Virus record (IMG/VR): IMGVR_UViG_3300028743_000004 | Length of the DNA stretch: 64,000 bases | Source of the DNA: an uncultured virus (IMG/VR IMGVR_UViG_3300028743_000004) | Taxonomy: Duplodnaviria > Heunggongvirae > Uroviricota > Caudoviricetes | Strand: one strand, 5' to 3' | In this document: positions 9,291 to 17,769 of the stretch, in pieces | Layout of the letters: every line of letters begins with the position of its first letter | Position numbering within the stretch: the stretch's first letter is position 1 | Notes under the pieces: model-generated | Databases searched by the model: none | Told to the model about the DNA's origin: nothing | The model's input: the letters and a program-made list of their open reading frames with translations, nothing else | Position numbers and translations under genes: made by a program

Positions 9291-9779
9291 ATGCAAGTAG
9301 CAGCGCAACAACAAATCACCATCCCTGAAATAGGCGCTGTGTGGCCTGGTCAGGGCGGCATCTACGGTGGACTTCGCCAGTATCCAGAAGGTCTCTGTCA
9401 CATAATCTATGCAGCCCATGATGTGCCAGGTCGTCACGAATACGGCGATTACGGAGTGGATGTCGATGCATTGAGCCGAACCGATGGCCGTGCCAATACC
9501 GAGATCCTGATCAGTCGAGACGGCAAGCACCCCGTCGCGATCGCAGTCACCGCGTACACCGCCGACGGGCATACCGACTTCTATCTGCCTTCCATTGGAG
9601 AGCTGCACCATGCCTGGCAGTTCGCTCCCGAGTCGTTCAGCGAGGAGTGGTATTACCTGTCTTCAACGCAGCGCTCCGCCGACACCGCCTACGGCATGGA
9701 CTTTGAAGATGGCTGGCTCAGCGGCTACGACAAGCACTTCGAGCGGCTCGCGCGCCCTGTCCGCAGATTCCTTCAGTAA
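9291..9779 (+). CDS. DGR target protein 1 (DUF1566/CLec-like)
   Basis: IG..WPGQGGIYGG, FYLPSIGEL, C-terminal VR SSTQRS...ARPVRR. Confidence 0.9.
   Translation: MQVAAQQQITIPEIGAVWPGQGGIYGGLRQYPEGLCHIIYAAHDVPGRHEYGDYGVDVDALSRTDGRANTEILISRDGKHPVAIAVTAYTADGHTDFYLPSIGELHHAWQFAPESFSEEWYYLSSTQRSADTAYGMDFEDGWLSGYDKHFERLARPVRRFLQ
9667..9766 (+). repeat. DGR variable repeat VR1
   Basis: 100 bp aligned to TR; 11 mismatches, all at TR adenines. Confidence 0.97.
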
Positions 9780-10134
9780 TTCATTCCTTCAATTTTTTTC
9801 GAACAACCAGCGCCACGACAGCCTGTCGTTAACTGCCCGAGGCCCTGGCACTCCCCAGCACCAGGCCGCATCGGAGTGTGATCTGTTTGCCCCGCAATGG
9901 GTGGGCCCAGCAATGGGAAGCCGGAGCGGAGGAATATGGGAGGCGCAAGCCAGTAAGCCGGGCAGCCCAGACCGGACAACAGATCACACCCCTATGCGGA
10001 CGAACACCCGGCTCGCGCCGGCCACCTGCATTTGAACCCACCCAGAACGGAGGATTGGCAGCCATGTAAACAACAAACCCAGGCGCTCGACCGCCACCCC
10101 CTGCGTGACATAGGGAGGTCTATGTACCGCAACG

Positions 10135-10161
10135 AAAGCCCGGTCCCGATCGGGCTTTTTT
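10135..10161 (+). terminator. Intrinsic terminator in the early operon
   Basis: AAAGCCCG..CGGGCTTTTTT; conserved near 60537-60563 in B. Confidence 0.7.
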
Positions 10162-10264
10162 ACGCCTCGCCTTTATCCGTCAGCACCCTCCCCTGGGCCC
10201 ACCGGCACAGACCAGGCGGTCAGGTTGCTGACGAATAAACGCCAACCACCCCGAGGGATCAGCC

Positions 10265-10537
10265 ATGCATCCATCATTTCAAGAGCGCATCGACGAACTC
10301 GGTGTGCTGCTGCAACAAACCAACGCCGCGCGAGTCGCGTTCTTCAGTCGCACTGATCGACCGATGCCGAAAAAACCGGTGCGCTACCAGGTAACAGGCG
10401 AAAGCGTCGGTATGTTCCAGATCGTCGACCTCACCACCGGTAAGACTCGCGCCTTCCGCCAGGACTATAAGGACGCTCACGACCTCGCAATGAAGTTCGA
10501 AGCAGCAACCAACCGCATCCCAGGCGGTGCGCAATGA
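10265..10537 (+). CDS. Hypothetical early protein
   Basis: 90 aa, SD, coupled to the next ORF. Confidence 0.7.
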   Translation: MHPSFQERIDELGVLLQQTNAARVAFFSRTDRPMPKKPVRYQVTGESVGMFQIVDLTTGKTRAFRQDYKDAHDLAMKFEAATNRIPGGAQ

Positions 10538-10848
10538 TTGGCGAACCGATGCCAAACCCTAAAGACGCGTTGATCGCCGATCTGCATCGCCAGATGGACG
10601 CATTCTTCGGCGCAGGCAACAAGGCTCAGCAGATCGACAGTGGCGTCACCGGCGAAGTGAATGGCCCGATCAAGAGCACCCGCAGCATCAAGCTGCGCGG
10701 CGCCCGCGACAAGGACGCACCCAGGCTGAAGGAGTTGGCTGAAGCCGGCTTGTCCGCCATCGAGGCCGCCAAAGAAATGGGCACCGACAGCAAGCGGGCC
10801 AGGCTGATCGCTCAAGAGAACGGCTTCAAATTTGCCGACACCCCATGA
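10534..10848 (+). CDS. Hypothetical early protein (C-terminal HTH-like)
   Basis: Homolog of 61025-61339 (LIAQENGFKFADTP). Confidence 0.75.
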   Translation: MIGEPMPNPKDALIADLHRQMDAFFGAGNKAQQIDSGVTGEVNGPIKSTRSIKLRGARDKDAPRLKELAEAGLSAIEAAKEMGTDSKRARLIAQENGFKFADTP

Positions 10849-10929
10849 GGCGCATCAGCAAGATCACCGCCGCGCGGCGCCGGCCGACATGGATGGCTAT
10901 CCCGGCAAGTGGAATCGAAGAGGTAGGCC

Positions 10930-11241
10930 ATGGCCAAAGACAACGCGCAGATCCAGCGGGACAAGCGCGCGAAAGAGAAGGCGCTGCTCGATAGGATCGG
11001 CGCCGAGAAGCGAACGCTGATTGTCTCGAAAGCGCTCGATGATGCACTTCAGGTGCTGGGCGATCGCCACGATTTCAAGGAGTGGCAGGAAACGGTATCG
11101 ACGTTCCTTATCAACTTGGCAGCAGCACCCGCCGAAGAGTCGGCGCGATTCGCATCTATGTCGCGACCTGTTTTTGAAGTTACAGAAAGGCAGTCGCGAC
11201 AGCTTGAAGAGTTCAGCAAGACCGGCATCGAACCAGCATAA
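10930..11241 (+). CDS. Hypothetical early protein
   Basis: 103 aa with GAGGT SD. Confidence 0.7.
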   Translation: MAKDNAQIQRDKRAKEKALLDRIGAEKRTLIVSKALDDALQVLGDRHDFKEWQETVSTFLINLAAAPAEESARFASMSRPVFEVTERQSRQLEEFSKTGIEPA

Positions 11242-11298
11242 CCCACCCTACTCGCTGCATCCGGTAACCGGAGGGCGGCGCTTACCCGGAGTAAACCC

Positions 11299-11775
11299 AT
11301 GACCAAGCAAGCACAGCAAACAGTACTCGCCGCAGAACTCCCTGAGCGCGGCCAACCTCTGGCCGGCGGCGTGTTCGTCACCCGCTACTGGATCAACGGC
11401 GTTGAGCGCGCCCTGATCCTGCTGCCTGACGAACTCAGCGGCCCGTGGGGCGAGTACGGCGTGAAGATCGAAGGCGCCGACAGCTACAGCGACGGCGAAT
11501 CGAACACCCGTGCTATGGCCGAGGCCGGCAGCGTGATCGCCGTGAAGGCGCTGGAGCTGGATGGCTTCATCCCGTCCTGCCTTGAGGGTCAACTGCTGAT
11601 GGCGGCCAAGGCCGATGGTCTGGTGGAGCTTCGCGAAGATCGCTACCACTGGCTGAGTACGCAGCGCTCCGCCAGCGGCGCCTACGGCATGGTCTTTGAA
11701 GATGGCTGGCTCAGCTACTACGTCAAGGTCTACGAGCGGCTCGCGCGCCCTGTCCGCAGCCTCCCTATTCAGTAA
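11299..11775 (+). CDS. DGR target protein 2 (DUF1566/CLec-like)
   Basis: C-terminal VR; ortholog at 63086-63562. Confidence 0.92.
   Translation: MTKQAQQTVLAAELPERGQPLAGGVFVTRYWINGVERALILLPDELSGPWGEYGVKIEGADSYSDGESNTRAMAEAGSVIAVKALELDGFIPSCLEGQLLMAAKADGLVELREDRYHWLSTQRSASGAYGMVFEDGWLSYYVKVYERLARPVRSLPIQ
11660..11759 (+). repeat. DGR variable repeat VR2
   Basis: 13 mismatches to TR, all at TR adenines. Confidence 0.97.
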
Positions 11776-11895
11776 TTCATTCCTTCAATCGTTTTTCGCA
11801 GGTGATTCCCGGGAGCGCCAGGACGGCGCTCAGACCAGAAGCTCGTCGGGAAGCGCCGGCTACCTGCACCTTTATCTCGCTCACAGGAGCATCCA

Positions 11896-12483
11896 ATGCG
11901 CGCAAATGAACTGACCACGTACACCCGTGGAGACCTGACTATAAGCAGCCCGGACGAAGGCGTGGTGCTGAAGCTGGCAACCCTGGCCATCGCCGCGGCG
12001 CCGGCCATTGCGGAAAGCGGAATCCCCGCCATCGGCGAGTACTGGCCTGGCGAAGGCGGCGTGAACGGCGGGCTGTTCCCGCGCGGCGACAAGCCCTACT
12101 ACCTGATCGTCCCTACCGGCATTGATGCCGAAGCCACGCACGAGTGGGGCGGTTATGGCGACGAGCTTAACGGCGCCAACAGCCCGTGGGACGGCCAAGC
12201 AAACACGGCGGACCTGGTCGGTGTTGACACCTCACACCCGGCAGCCCAGTTCTGCGCGGCCTTCGAACGTGACGGGCACAAGGACTTCTACCTGATGGCT
12301 CGCCGTGAGGCGTCCTTCCTCGAAATCACCGTGCCTGACGTGTTCACCCAGGCGTACCACTGGACGAGCTCGCAGCGCTCCGCCAACATCGCCTACACCA
12401 TGGACTTTGAAGTTGGCTGGCTCTTCAACTTCGTCAAGCTCAACGAGCGGCTCGCGCGCCCTGTCCGCAGAAAGTTTATTTAA
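11896..12483 (+). CDS. DGR target protein 3 (DUF1566/CLec-like)
   Basis: IGEYWPGEGGVNGG, DGHKDFYL, C-terminal VR; immediately upstream of avd. Confidence 0.92.
   Translation: MRANELTTYTRGDLTISSPDEGVVLKLATLAIAAAPAIAESGIPAIGEYWPGEGGVNGGLFPRGDKPYYLIVPTGIDAEATHEWGGYGDELNGANSPWDGQANTADLVGVDTSHPAAQFCAAFERDGHKDFYLMARREASFLEITVPDVFTQAYHWTSSQRSANIAYTMDFEVGWLFNFVKLNERLARPVRRKFI
12371..12470 (+). repeat. DGR variable repeat VR3
   Basis: 10 mismatches to TR, all at TR adenines. Confidence 0.97.
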
Positions 12484-12503
12484 TCATTCAATTCTTCATT
12501 CAT

Positions 12504-12519
12504 GGGCGCGGTAGCGCCC
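12504..12519 (+). promoter_or_regulatory. DGR target hairpin downstream of VR3
   Basis: GGGCGC-GGTA-GCGCCC, a GC stem with GRNA-type 4-nt loop as described for DGR target cruciforms. Confidence 0.7.
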
Positions 12520-12540
12520 TCGCTTTTCAGGAGTCCAGGG

Positions 12541-12894
12541 ATGGCGCTGCATACGGATTTGGAAATCCACAAGGTGGCCGAGGAGTTGCTCGGGCTTTCG
12601 CTTGACCTGGTGCGCAATATCCCGCGCGACCTGAAACAGGTTGTCGGGGCAAAAATCCGGGACGAGTGCCTGCAGGTCCTGGTACTGATCGGCCGGGCCA
12701 ACATGACCCGGGACAAGCTGCCCCACATCAACCTCCTGCTCGAAAGCATTTGGATGCTCAACTACCTGCTGCGCGCCCTCACCAACCGAGGGTTGATCAG
12801 CAAGGGGCAGCACGCCAAAGCAATGATGATGACGGCCTCAATAGGCCGCCAGGCCAACGCCTGGAAGAAATCCGCAACCGCGCCCGCTGCTTGA
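12541..12894 (+). CDS. avd: DGR accessory variability determinant (four-helix bundle)
   Basis: 117 aa helical protein (IPRDLKQVVGAKIRD...IGRQANAWKK) between target and TR/RT; AGGAG SD. Confidence 0.88.
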   Translation: MALHTDLEIHKVAEELLGLSLDLVRNIPRDLKQVVGAKIRDECLQVLVLIGRANMTRDKLPHINLLLESIWMLNYLLRALTNRGLISKGQHAKAMMMTASIGRQANAWKKSATAPAA

Positions 12895-13065
12895 GGGTCA
12901 AGGCCCTCTTGCCTGTGCGCCAAATCTGGTCGAGCCGCTGACCTATGGGTCACCGCCACGCGCAAAAACAGATACCGCCGGTCTAAAGCGTCCGCGTAGG
13001 TCTGGCGCAGTTTCCAAGCTGATCGGCTCCGCCTTCGGCTTGGCGATGTAGATAGCTCGACAGGT

Positions 13066-13165
13066 CGCAGCGCTCCGCCAACAACGCCTACAACATGGAC
13101 TTTGAAGATGGCTGGCTCAACAACAACGACAAGAACAACGAGCGGCTCGCGCGCCCTGTCCGCAG
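13066..13165 (+). ncRNA. DGR template repeat (TR)
   Basis: 28 adenines and 8 AAC triplets in target frame; matches four VRs except at A; in-frame stop at 13053, so not part of a target gene. Confidence 0.96.
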
Positions 13166-14265
13166 ATTTAAGTGTTGCTCCTTTCCAGTTCGAGGATCTC
13201 GTCCAGGCTTACTACGACTGCCGCCGCAACAAGCGGAATTCAGCGAGCGCCCGGCTATTCGAGAAAGATATGGAGATCAACTTACTGGAGCTGCACGACG
13301 ACCTGATTGCCGGCACATACCGGCCAGGCCGATCCATCTGTTTCGTGGTGACCCGGCCGAAAGCTCGCGAAGTGTGGGCAGCAGCCTTTCGGGACCGCGT
13401 CGTCCACCACCTGCTGTACAACCATGTGGCACCGCGCTTCTACGCCAGCTTCATAGCGGACAGTTGCGCATGCATTCCAGGGCGCGGCACGCTGTACGCC
13501 GCCAAGCGCCTTGAGTCGAAGATCCGCAGCGCCTCGCAGAACTGGTCAAAGCCGATCTTCTACCTCAAGTGCGACCTGGCCAACTTCTTCGTCGCCATCG
13601 ACAAGGCGGTGCTGCGCAAGCAGTTGGAAGCCAGGATCACCGAACCCTGGTGGCTGGCCCTGGCCACGCAGATCCTCATGCACGACCCGCGCGAGGATTA
13701 CGAGACCCGCAGCCCAGCGCACCTATTCAACCGTGTACCGCAGCACAAGCGCCTGGTGGCACAGCCTGCTCACCTCGGTCTGCCGATCGGAAACCTGTCG
13801 TCGCAGTTCTTCGCCAACGTCTATCTCGACGCCCTGGACCAGTTCGCCAAGCACCACCTGCGCGCCAAGCACTACATCCGCTACGTCGACGACTTCGTGT
13901 TCCTACATGAGTCGCCACAGCAGCTCAACCAGTGGCTGGCTGAGGTCGAAGAGTTCCTGCCCAGGCTCGGTGCCAAGCTGAACCCCACCAAGACGATCCT
14001 GCAGCCCGTGGATCGCGGCGTCGACTTCGTTGGGCATGTGATCAAGCCTTGGCGGCGCTCGACTCGCAAGCGGTCGCTTGCCCAGGCGCTGAAGCGAACC
14101 GCTGCGGCGCCGGCCGAGGATCTGCGCGAGACAGCCAACAGCTACTTCGGCCTGCTCAGCCAGGCCAGCCATAGCCACAAAGACCGGGCAGCACTCGCCC
14201 GCGTCGTGCTGAAGCGCGGCAACAGCGTCAACGCGGCGCTGACCAAGACCTACCAGAAGAAATAG
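13108..14265 (+). CDS. DGR reverse transcriptase
   Basis: FRDRVVHH, KCDLANFF, LPIGNLSSQFFAN (DGR GxxxSQ), YIRYVDDF; start (ATG 13108 or TTG 13102) lies inside TR. Confidence 0.96.
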   Translation: MAGSTTTTRTTSGSRALSADLSVAPFQFEDLVQAYYDCRRNKRNSASARLFEKDMEINLLELHDDLIAGTYRPGRSICFVVTRPKAREVWAAAFRDRVVHHLLYNHVAPRFYASFIADSCACIPGRGTLYAAKRLESKIRSASQNWSKPIFYLKCDLANFFVAIDKAVLRKQLEARITEPWWLALATQILMHDPREDYETRSPAHLFNRVPQHKRLVAQPAHLGLPIGNLSSQFFANVYLDALDQFAKHHLRAKHYIRYVDDFVFLHESPQQLNQWLAEVEEFLPRLGAKLNPTKTILQPVDRGVDFVGHVIKPWRRSTRKRSLAQALKRTAAAPAEDLRETANSYFGLLSQASHSHKDRAALARVVLKRGNSVNAALTKTYQKK

Positions 14266-14307
14266 CCCACCTTTTTTACCGAATCACGCTAAACGCGAGG
14301 ATCCCCT

Positions 14308-16356
14308 ATGTCCGCACAACAGAAGAAACACCCCTTCGATTTCAAAACCCAATACGGACTCGGCTTCAACCCTCAGGACGATGAGATCGTTGTCGACTTC
14401 TTCTGTGGTGGTGGCGGTGCCGGTACCGGGCTGGAAATGGGCCTGGGCCGCGCGGTGAACGTGGCGAAGAACCACAGCCCGCAGGCCATCAGCATGCACA
14501 CCGTCAACCACCCAGGCGCCCAGCACTTCACCACCGACGTGTTCGAAGGTGACCCGGACGCCGAGTGTGGCGGTAAGGCCGTAGGCTGGTTCCACATGTC
14601 GCCGGACTGCACGCACCACTCCCAAGCGGCCGGCGGCCAGCCGCGCAAGCGCGAGATCCGCAACCTGTCGTGGATCGGCCTCAAGTGGGCAGGCATAAAG
14701 CGCCCCCGGGTGATCAGCCTGGAAAACGTGAAACAGATCCTGCAATGGGGCCGCTTGATAGCCAAGCGTGACAAGGCCACCGGCCGCGTGGTGAAACTCG
14801 GCGGCGAGATTGCAGCACCTGGTGAAGTTGTGCCGGTGGGCCAGCAGTTCCTGATCCCTGACCCGAAGCAGCGCGGCCGCACATGGCGCCGCTTTGTAGC
14901 CCTGCTGGAAGCCATGGGTTACGTGGTTGAGTGGAAGGTGATCAAGGCCTGCGACTTCGGCGCGCCAACCAGCCGGGAACGCCTGTTCATGATCGCCCGG
15001 TGCGACGGCCAGCCCATCGTGTGGCCGGAGCCAACCCACGCCAAGAACCCTACCAATGGCCAGCAGAAGTGGAAAACCGCTGCTGACTGCATCGACTTCA
15101 CCGACCTGGGCAAAAGCATCTTCGGCCGCAAGAAAGACCTGGCACCGGCCACTCTGCGCCGCGTAGCCAAGGGCATGAAGAAGTTCGTTATCGACAGCGC
15201 TGCCCCGTTCATTGTGCCGATCGCCAACTGGTCAGGGCTGACAGTGCAGTCGGCCGATGAGCCGCTGCGGACCATCACCTCCTACCCGAAGGGCGGCGCC
15301 TTCTCGGTGGTCAGCCCGGTGATCGCACCAGCAACCCACCAGGGCAGCGACCGCATTAATGACCCGCTTAAGCCGCTGCCGACGGTGACCTGTGCCAACC
15401 GTGGCGAACTGACGCTGATCAGTCCAGTCATGGTCGGTGCGGGCGGCCCGGTGTACGCCGGGCACCCGGTATCAGCAGACCAGCCGATCGGCACTCTTAT
15501 GACTCGCAGCCATCGCGCCGTCGCATCGGCCTGCATCGTCCAGGCCGGGCACGGCGAGGGCTCCGGCGCAAACAAACGGCGCTCCCACGGGGTGAACGAT
15601 ATATGCGGGCCGATCGGTACCGTTACAGCCAGCGGCGGCGGCCAATCCATCAGCACCGCGGTGATGATTCAGGCCAACGGCGGATTCAATACCACGCACG
15701 CCAAGGGCATGCACGAACCCATGACGACGGTCACCAACACCGGAAGCCAGCAGCAACTGGCGGTGGCGAACCTGGTGCACCTGCGCGGCAACTGCGATGC
15801 ACGGGACGTGAACGACCCGCTGCACACCGTCAGTGCCGGCGGCCAGCACCACGGGCTGGTGAGCGCATTCATGGAGCGGGCATTCGGCGCCAGCGTGGGC
15901 CAGGGCCTGGATGATCCGGCGCCGACCATCACTGCCGGTGGCGGCGGCAAGAGTTCCCTGGTATCGCTCACACTGTCGCCAGAGCATGAAGCCGGCGCCC
16001 TTCGCGTCGCCGCCTTCCTGATCAGCTACTACGGCACCGAGAACACAAGCGCCTGTGACGCGCCAGCACCGACCATCACCACCAAGGACCGCCTCGCAAT
16101 GGTCACCGTAATGGTGAAAGGCACGCCATACGTGATCGTCGACATCTGCTTACGGATGCTGAAACCGACTGAGCTGTACAAGGCCCAAGGGTTCCCGGCC
16201 GACTACATCATCAGCCACGGCGCCGACGGCAAGCCGTTCACCAAGACTCAGCAGGTGCACATGTGCGGCAACAGCGTCAGCCCACCGCCGATGGCTGCGC
16301 TGGCACGCGCCAATGACCCATGGCGAATGGCTGAGCGTCAGGCGGTTGCAGCTTAA
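14308..16356 (+). CDS. DNA cytosine-C5 methyltransferase (orphan, long variable region)
   Basis: DFFCGGGG, SPDC, ENV, RERLF, GNSV motifs. Confidence 0.92.
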   Translation: MSAQQKKHPFDFKTQYGLGFNPQDDEIVVDFFCGGGGAGTGLEMGLGRAVNVAKNHSPQAISMHTVNHPGAQHFTTDVFEGDPDAECGGKAVGWFHMSPDCTHHSQAAGGQPRKREIRNLSWIGLKWAGIKRPRVISLENVKQILQWGRLIAKRDKATGRVVKLGGEIAAPGEVVPVGQQFLIPDPKQRGRTWRRFVALLEAMGYVVEWKVIKACDFGAPTSRERLFMIARCDGQPIVWPEPTHAKNPTNGQQKWKTAADCIDFTDLGKSIFGRKKDLAPATLRRVAKGMKKFVIDSAAPFIVPIANWSGLTVQSADEPLRTITSYPKGGAFSVVSPVIAPATHQGSDRINDPLKPLPTVTCANRGELTLISPVMVGAGGPVYAGHPVSADQPIGTLMTRSHRAVASACIVQAGHGEGSGANKRRSHGVNDICGPIGTVTASGGGQSISTAVMIQANGGFNTTHAKGMHEPMTTVTNTGSQQQLAVANLVHLRGNCDARDVNDPLHTVSAGGQHHGLVSAFMERAFGASVGQGLDDPAPTITAGGGGKSSLVSLTLSPEHEAGALRVAAFLISYYGTENTSACDAPAPTITTKDRLAMVTVMVKGTPYVIVDICLRMLKPTELYKAQGFPADYIISHGADGKPFTKTQQVHMCGNSVSPPPMAALARANDPWRMAERQAVAA

Positions 16357-16583
16357 ACGCGCTCTGCAATCAGCCTGGTCCCCACCTCACGCCCAGCGAC
16401 CTGCGCCAGGCCACGGTCGACATAGGTTCGGTCACCCGCAACAACAGGCACTACCACTTCACCACCACGCTTTATCTCGACGTTGATACGCCAGGTCTCC
16501 CGGCCCTCATCGTCCTTGTCGCATTCCATGTAGTTCCAAACCTGAAAGCCTTCGATCTCATCGTAAATATCGTGCTTGGTCAT
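16353..16583 (-). CDS. Small antisense hypothetical protein (moron)
   Basis: MTKHDIYDEIEG... with AGGA SD; opposite to the operon. Confidence 0.6.
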   Translation of the reverse strand: MTKHDIYDEIEGFQVWNYMECDKDDEGRETWRINVEIKRGGEVVVPVVAGDRTYVDRGLAQVAGREVGTRLIAERV

Positions 16584-16654
16584 GGTCCTGCCCATTTATA
16601 GGAAGGGGTCATCGTAGCACCACACCCCGGGCATGGCCCGGAAGGAACTCCTGA

Positions 16655-16930
16655 ATGAGTAATTTGAACCAGTCCAAGGAAGATCTCGACGCCGTGCTGC
16701 ACTGGCGCAGCAAGCACGCTCAGGCGATCCGCGAGCGTGACGCACTGCAGGTTCTGCTGACCGCAGCGGATGAACGGGCGGATATGCTGGAGGGGTTGCT
16801 GCTCCAGACAAACGAGTTGCTCTATGAGATCCAGGGTGACCCGGGAGCGGTGCCGTCTTCGGAGATTGATGCGATTCGCGGTGAGGTGTTTACCGCACTC
16901 AAGCCAGCGGAGGGTGGTGGCGATGAATAA
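16655..16930 (+). CDS. Hypothetical coiled-coil protein
   Basis: 91 aa with SD. Confidence 0.65.
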   Translation: MSNLNQSKEDLDAVLHWRSKHAQAIRERDALQVLLTAADERADMLEGLLLQTNELLYEIQGDPGAVPSSEIDAIRGEVFTALKPAEGGGDE

Positions 16931-17696
16931 CCCGCGCATTGTCTGCCAGTTCAGCTGCGGAGCTGCCTCGGCGGTGGCCACCAAGCTGGCGCTAGCTCAA
17001 TACGGCGCCACGCATGACGTGCAAATCATCAATGCGTTCTTGGCCAATGAGCATGAAGACAGCCGGCGCTTTCTGCTGGACTGCCAAGCGTGGTTTGACC
17101 AGGACATAACTCAGCTAAAGGACGAGAAGTACGACGCGGACATCATCCAGGTGTTTCGGCGCGAGAGGTTCATGAAGGGCCGAAACGGAGCGCCCTGCAC
17201 CAAGCTTCTGAAACGTCGCCTGCTCGATGCATGGAAGCAACCGGGCGACGTAATGGTGTTCGGCTACACCGCCGAAGAGGTTGACCGCCTGGATGACTTC
17301 AGGGACCGGAACCCTGATCGCCCCGTTATTGCCCCTCTCATTGACGCGGGCCTGGGAAAAGAGGACTGCAAGGCTATGGTTATGCGGGCTGGAATTGTAC
17401 TTCCGATGATGTACCGACTCGGCTATGACAACGCTAACTGCATCGGCTGCGTAAAGGGTGGAGAGGGCTATTATCGAGCGATTCGCGAGGACTTCCCTGA
17501 GCAGTTCGAAGAGCTTTGCAAGGTTCAAGACGAGCTTGGACCAGGAAGCTACCTCCATCGCAACCGCGACACCAATGTGCGGTTTTCCCTGCGCAACCTG
17601 GGCGATGGCCCTGTGCGGCGTAATGAGAAAATCCCTTCCTGCTCGTTCTTCTGCGAGATGGCCGAGGCCGATATCGCTCAGGAAGATCAGCCATGA
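16923..17696 (+). CDS. PAPS-reductase-like / adenine nucleotide alpha-hydrolase protein
   Basis: FSCGAAS PP-loop-like motif; NCIGCVKGG and CSFFC cysteine clusters. Confidence 0.7.
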   Translation: MNNPRIVCQFSCGAASAVATKLALAQYGATHDVQIINAFLANEHEDSRRFLLDCQAWFDQDITQLKDEKYDADIIQVFRRERFMKGRNGAPCTKLLKRRLLDAWKQPGDVMVFGYTAEEVDRLDDFRDRNPDRPVIAPLIDAGLGKEDCKAMVMRAGIVLPMMYRLGYDNANCIGCVKGGEGYYRAIREDFPEQFEELCKVQDELGPGSYLHRNRDTNVRFSLRNLGDGPVRRNEKIPSCSFFCEMAEADIAQEDQP

Positions 17697-17761
17697 AAGC
17701 TCAACTACCCGCCTACTGCTGGTGCCTGCTGGCACTGGCACTGGCACAACTGATTTGCTGA
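17693..17761 (+). CDS. 22-aa hydrophobic peptide MKAQLPAYCWCLLALALAQLIC
   Basis: ATGA overlap with upstream stop; ends at the SD of the next gene. Confidence 0.5.
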   Translation: MKAQLPAYCWCLLALALAQLIC

Positions 17762-17769
17762 GGTGATTT

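Noticed and set aside
11696..11914. MKMAGS... ORFs starting within VR2 and VR4 resembling the RT N-terminus
   Set aside because: By-product of VR/TR identity; no RT similarity beyond the repeat
13095..13514. 139-aa ORF MDFEDGWLNNNDKNN as an additional target gene
   Set aside because: It is TR read in target frame, with an upstream in-frame stop and out-of-frame overlap with RT
13102..14265. RT as group II intron, retron or Abi RT
   Set aside because: Short RT without evident maturase/endonuclease domains or VTG retron motif; adjacent avd, TR and A-specific VRs identify a DGR
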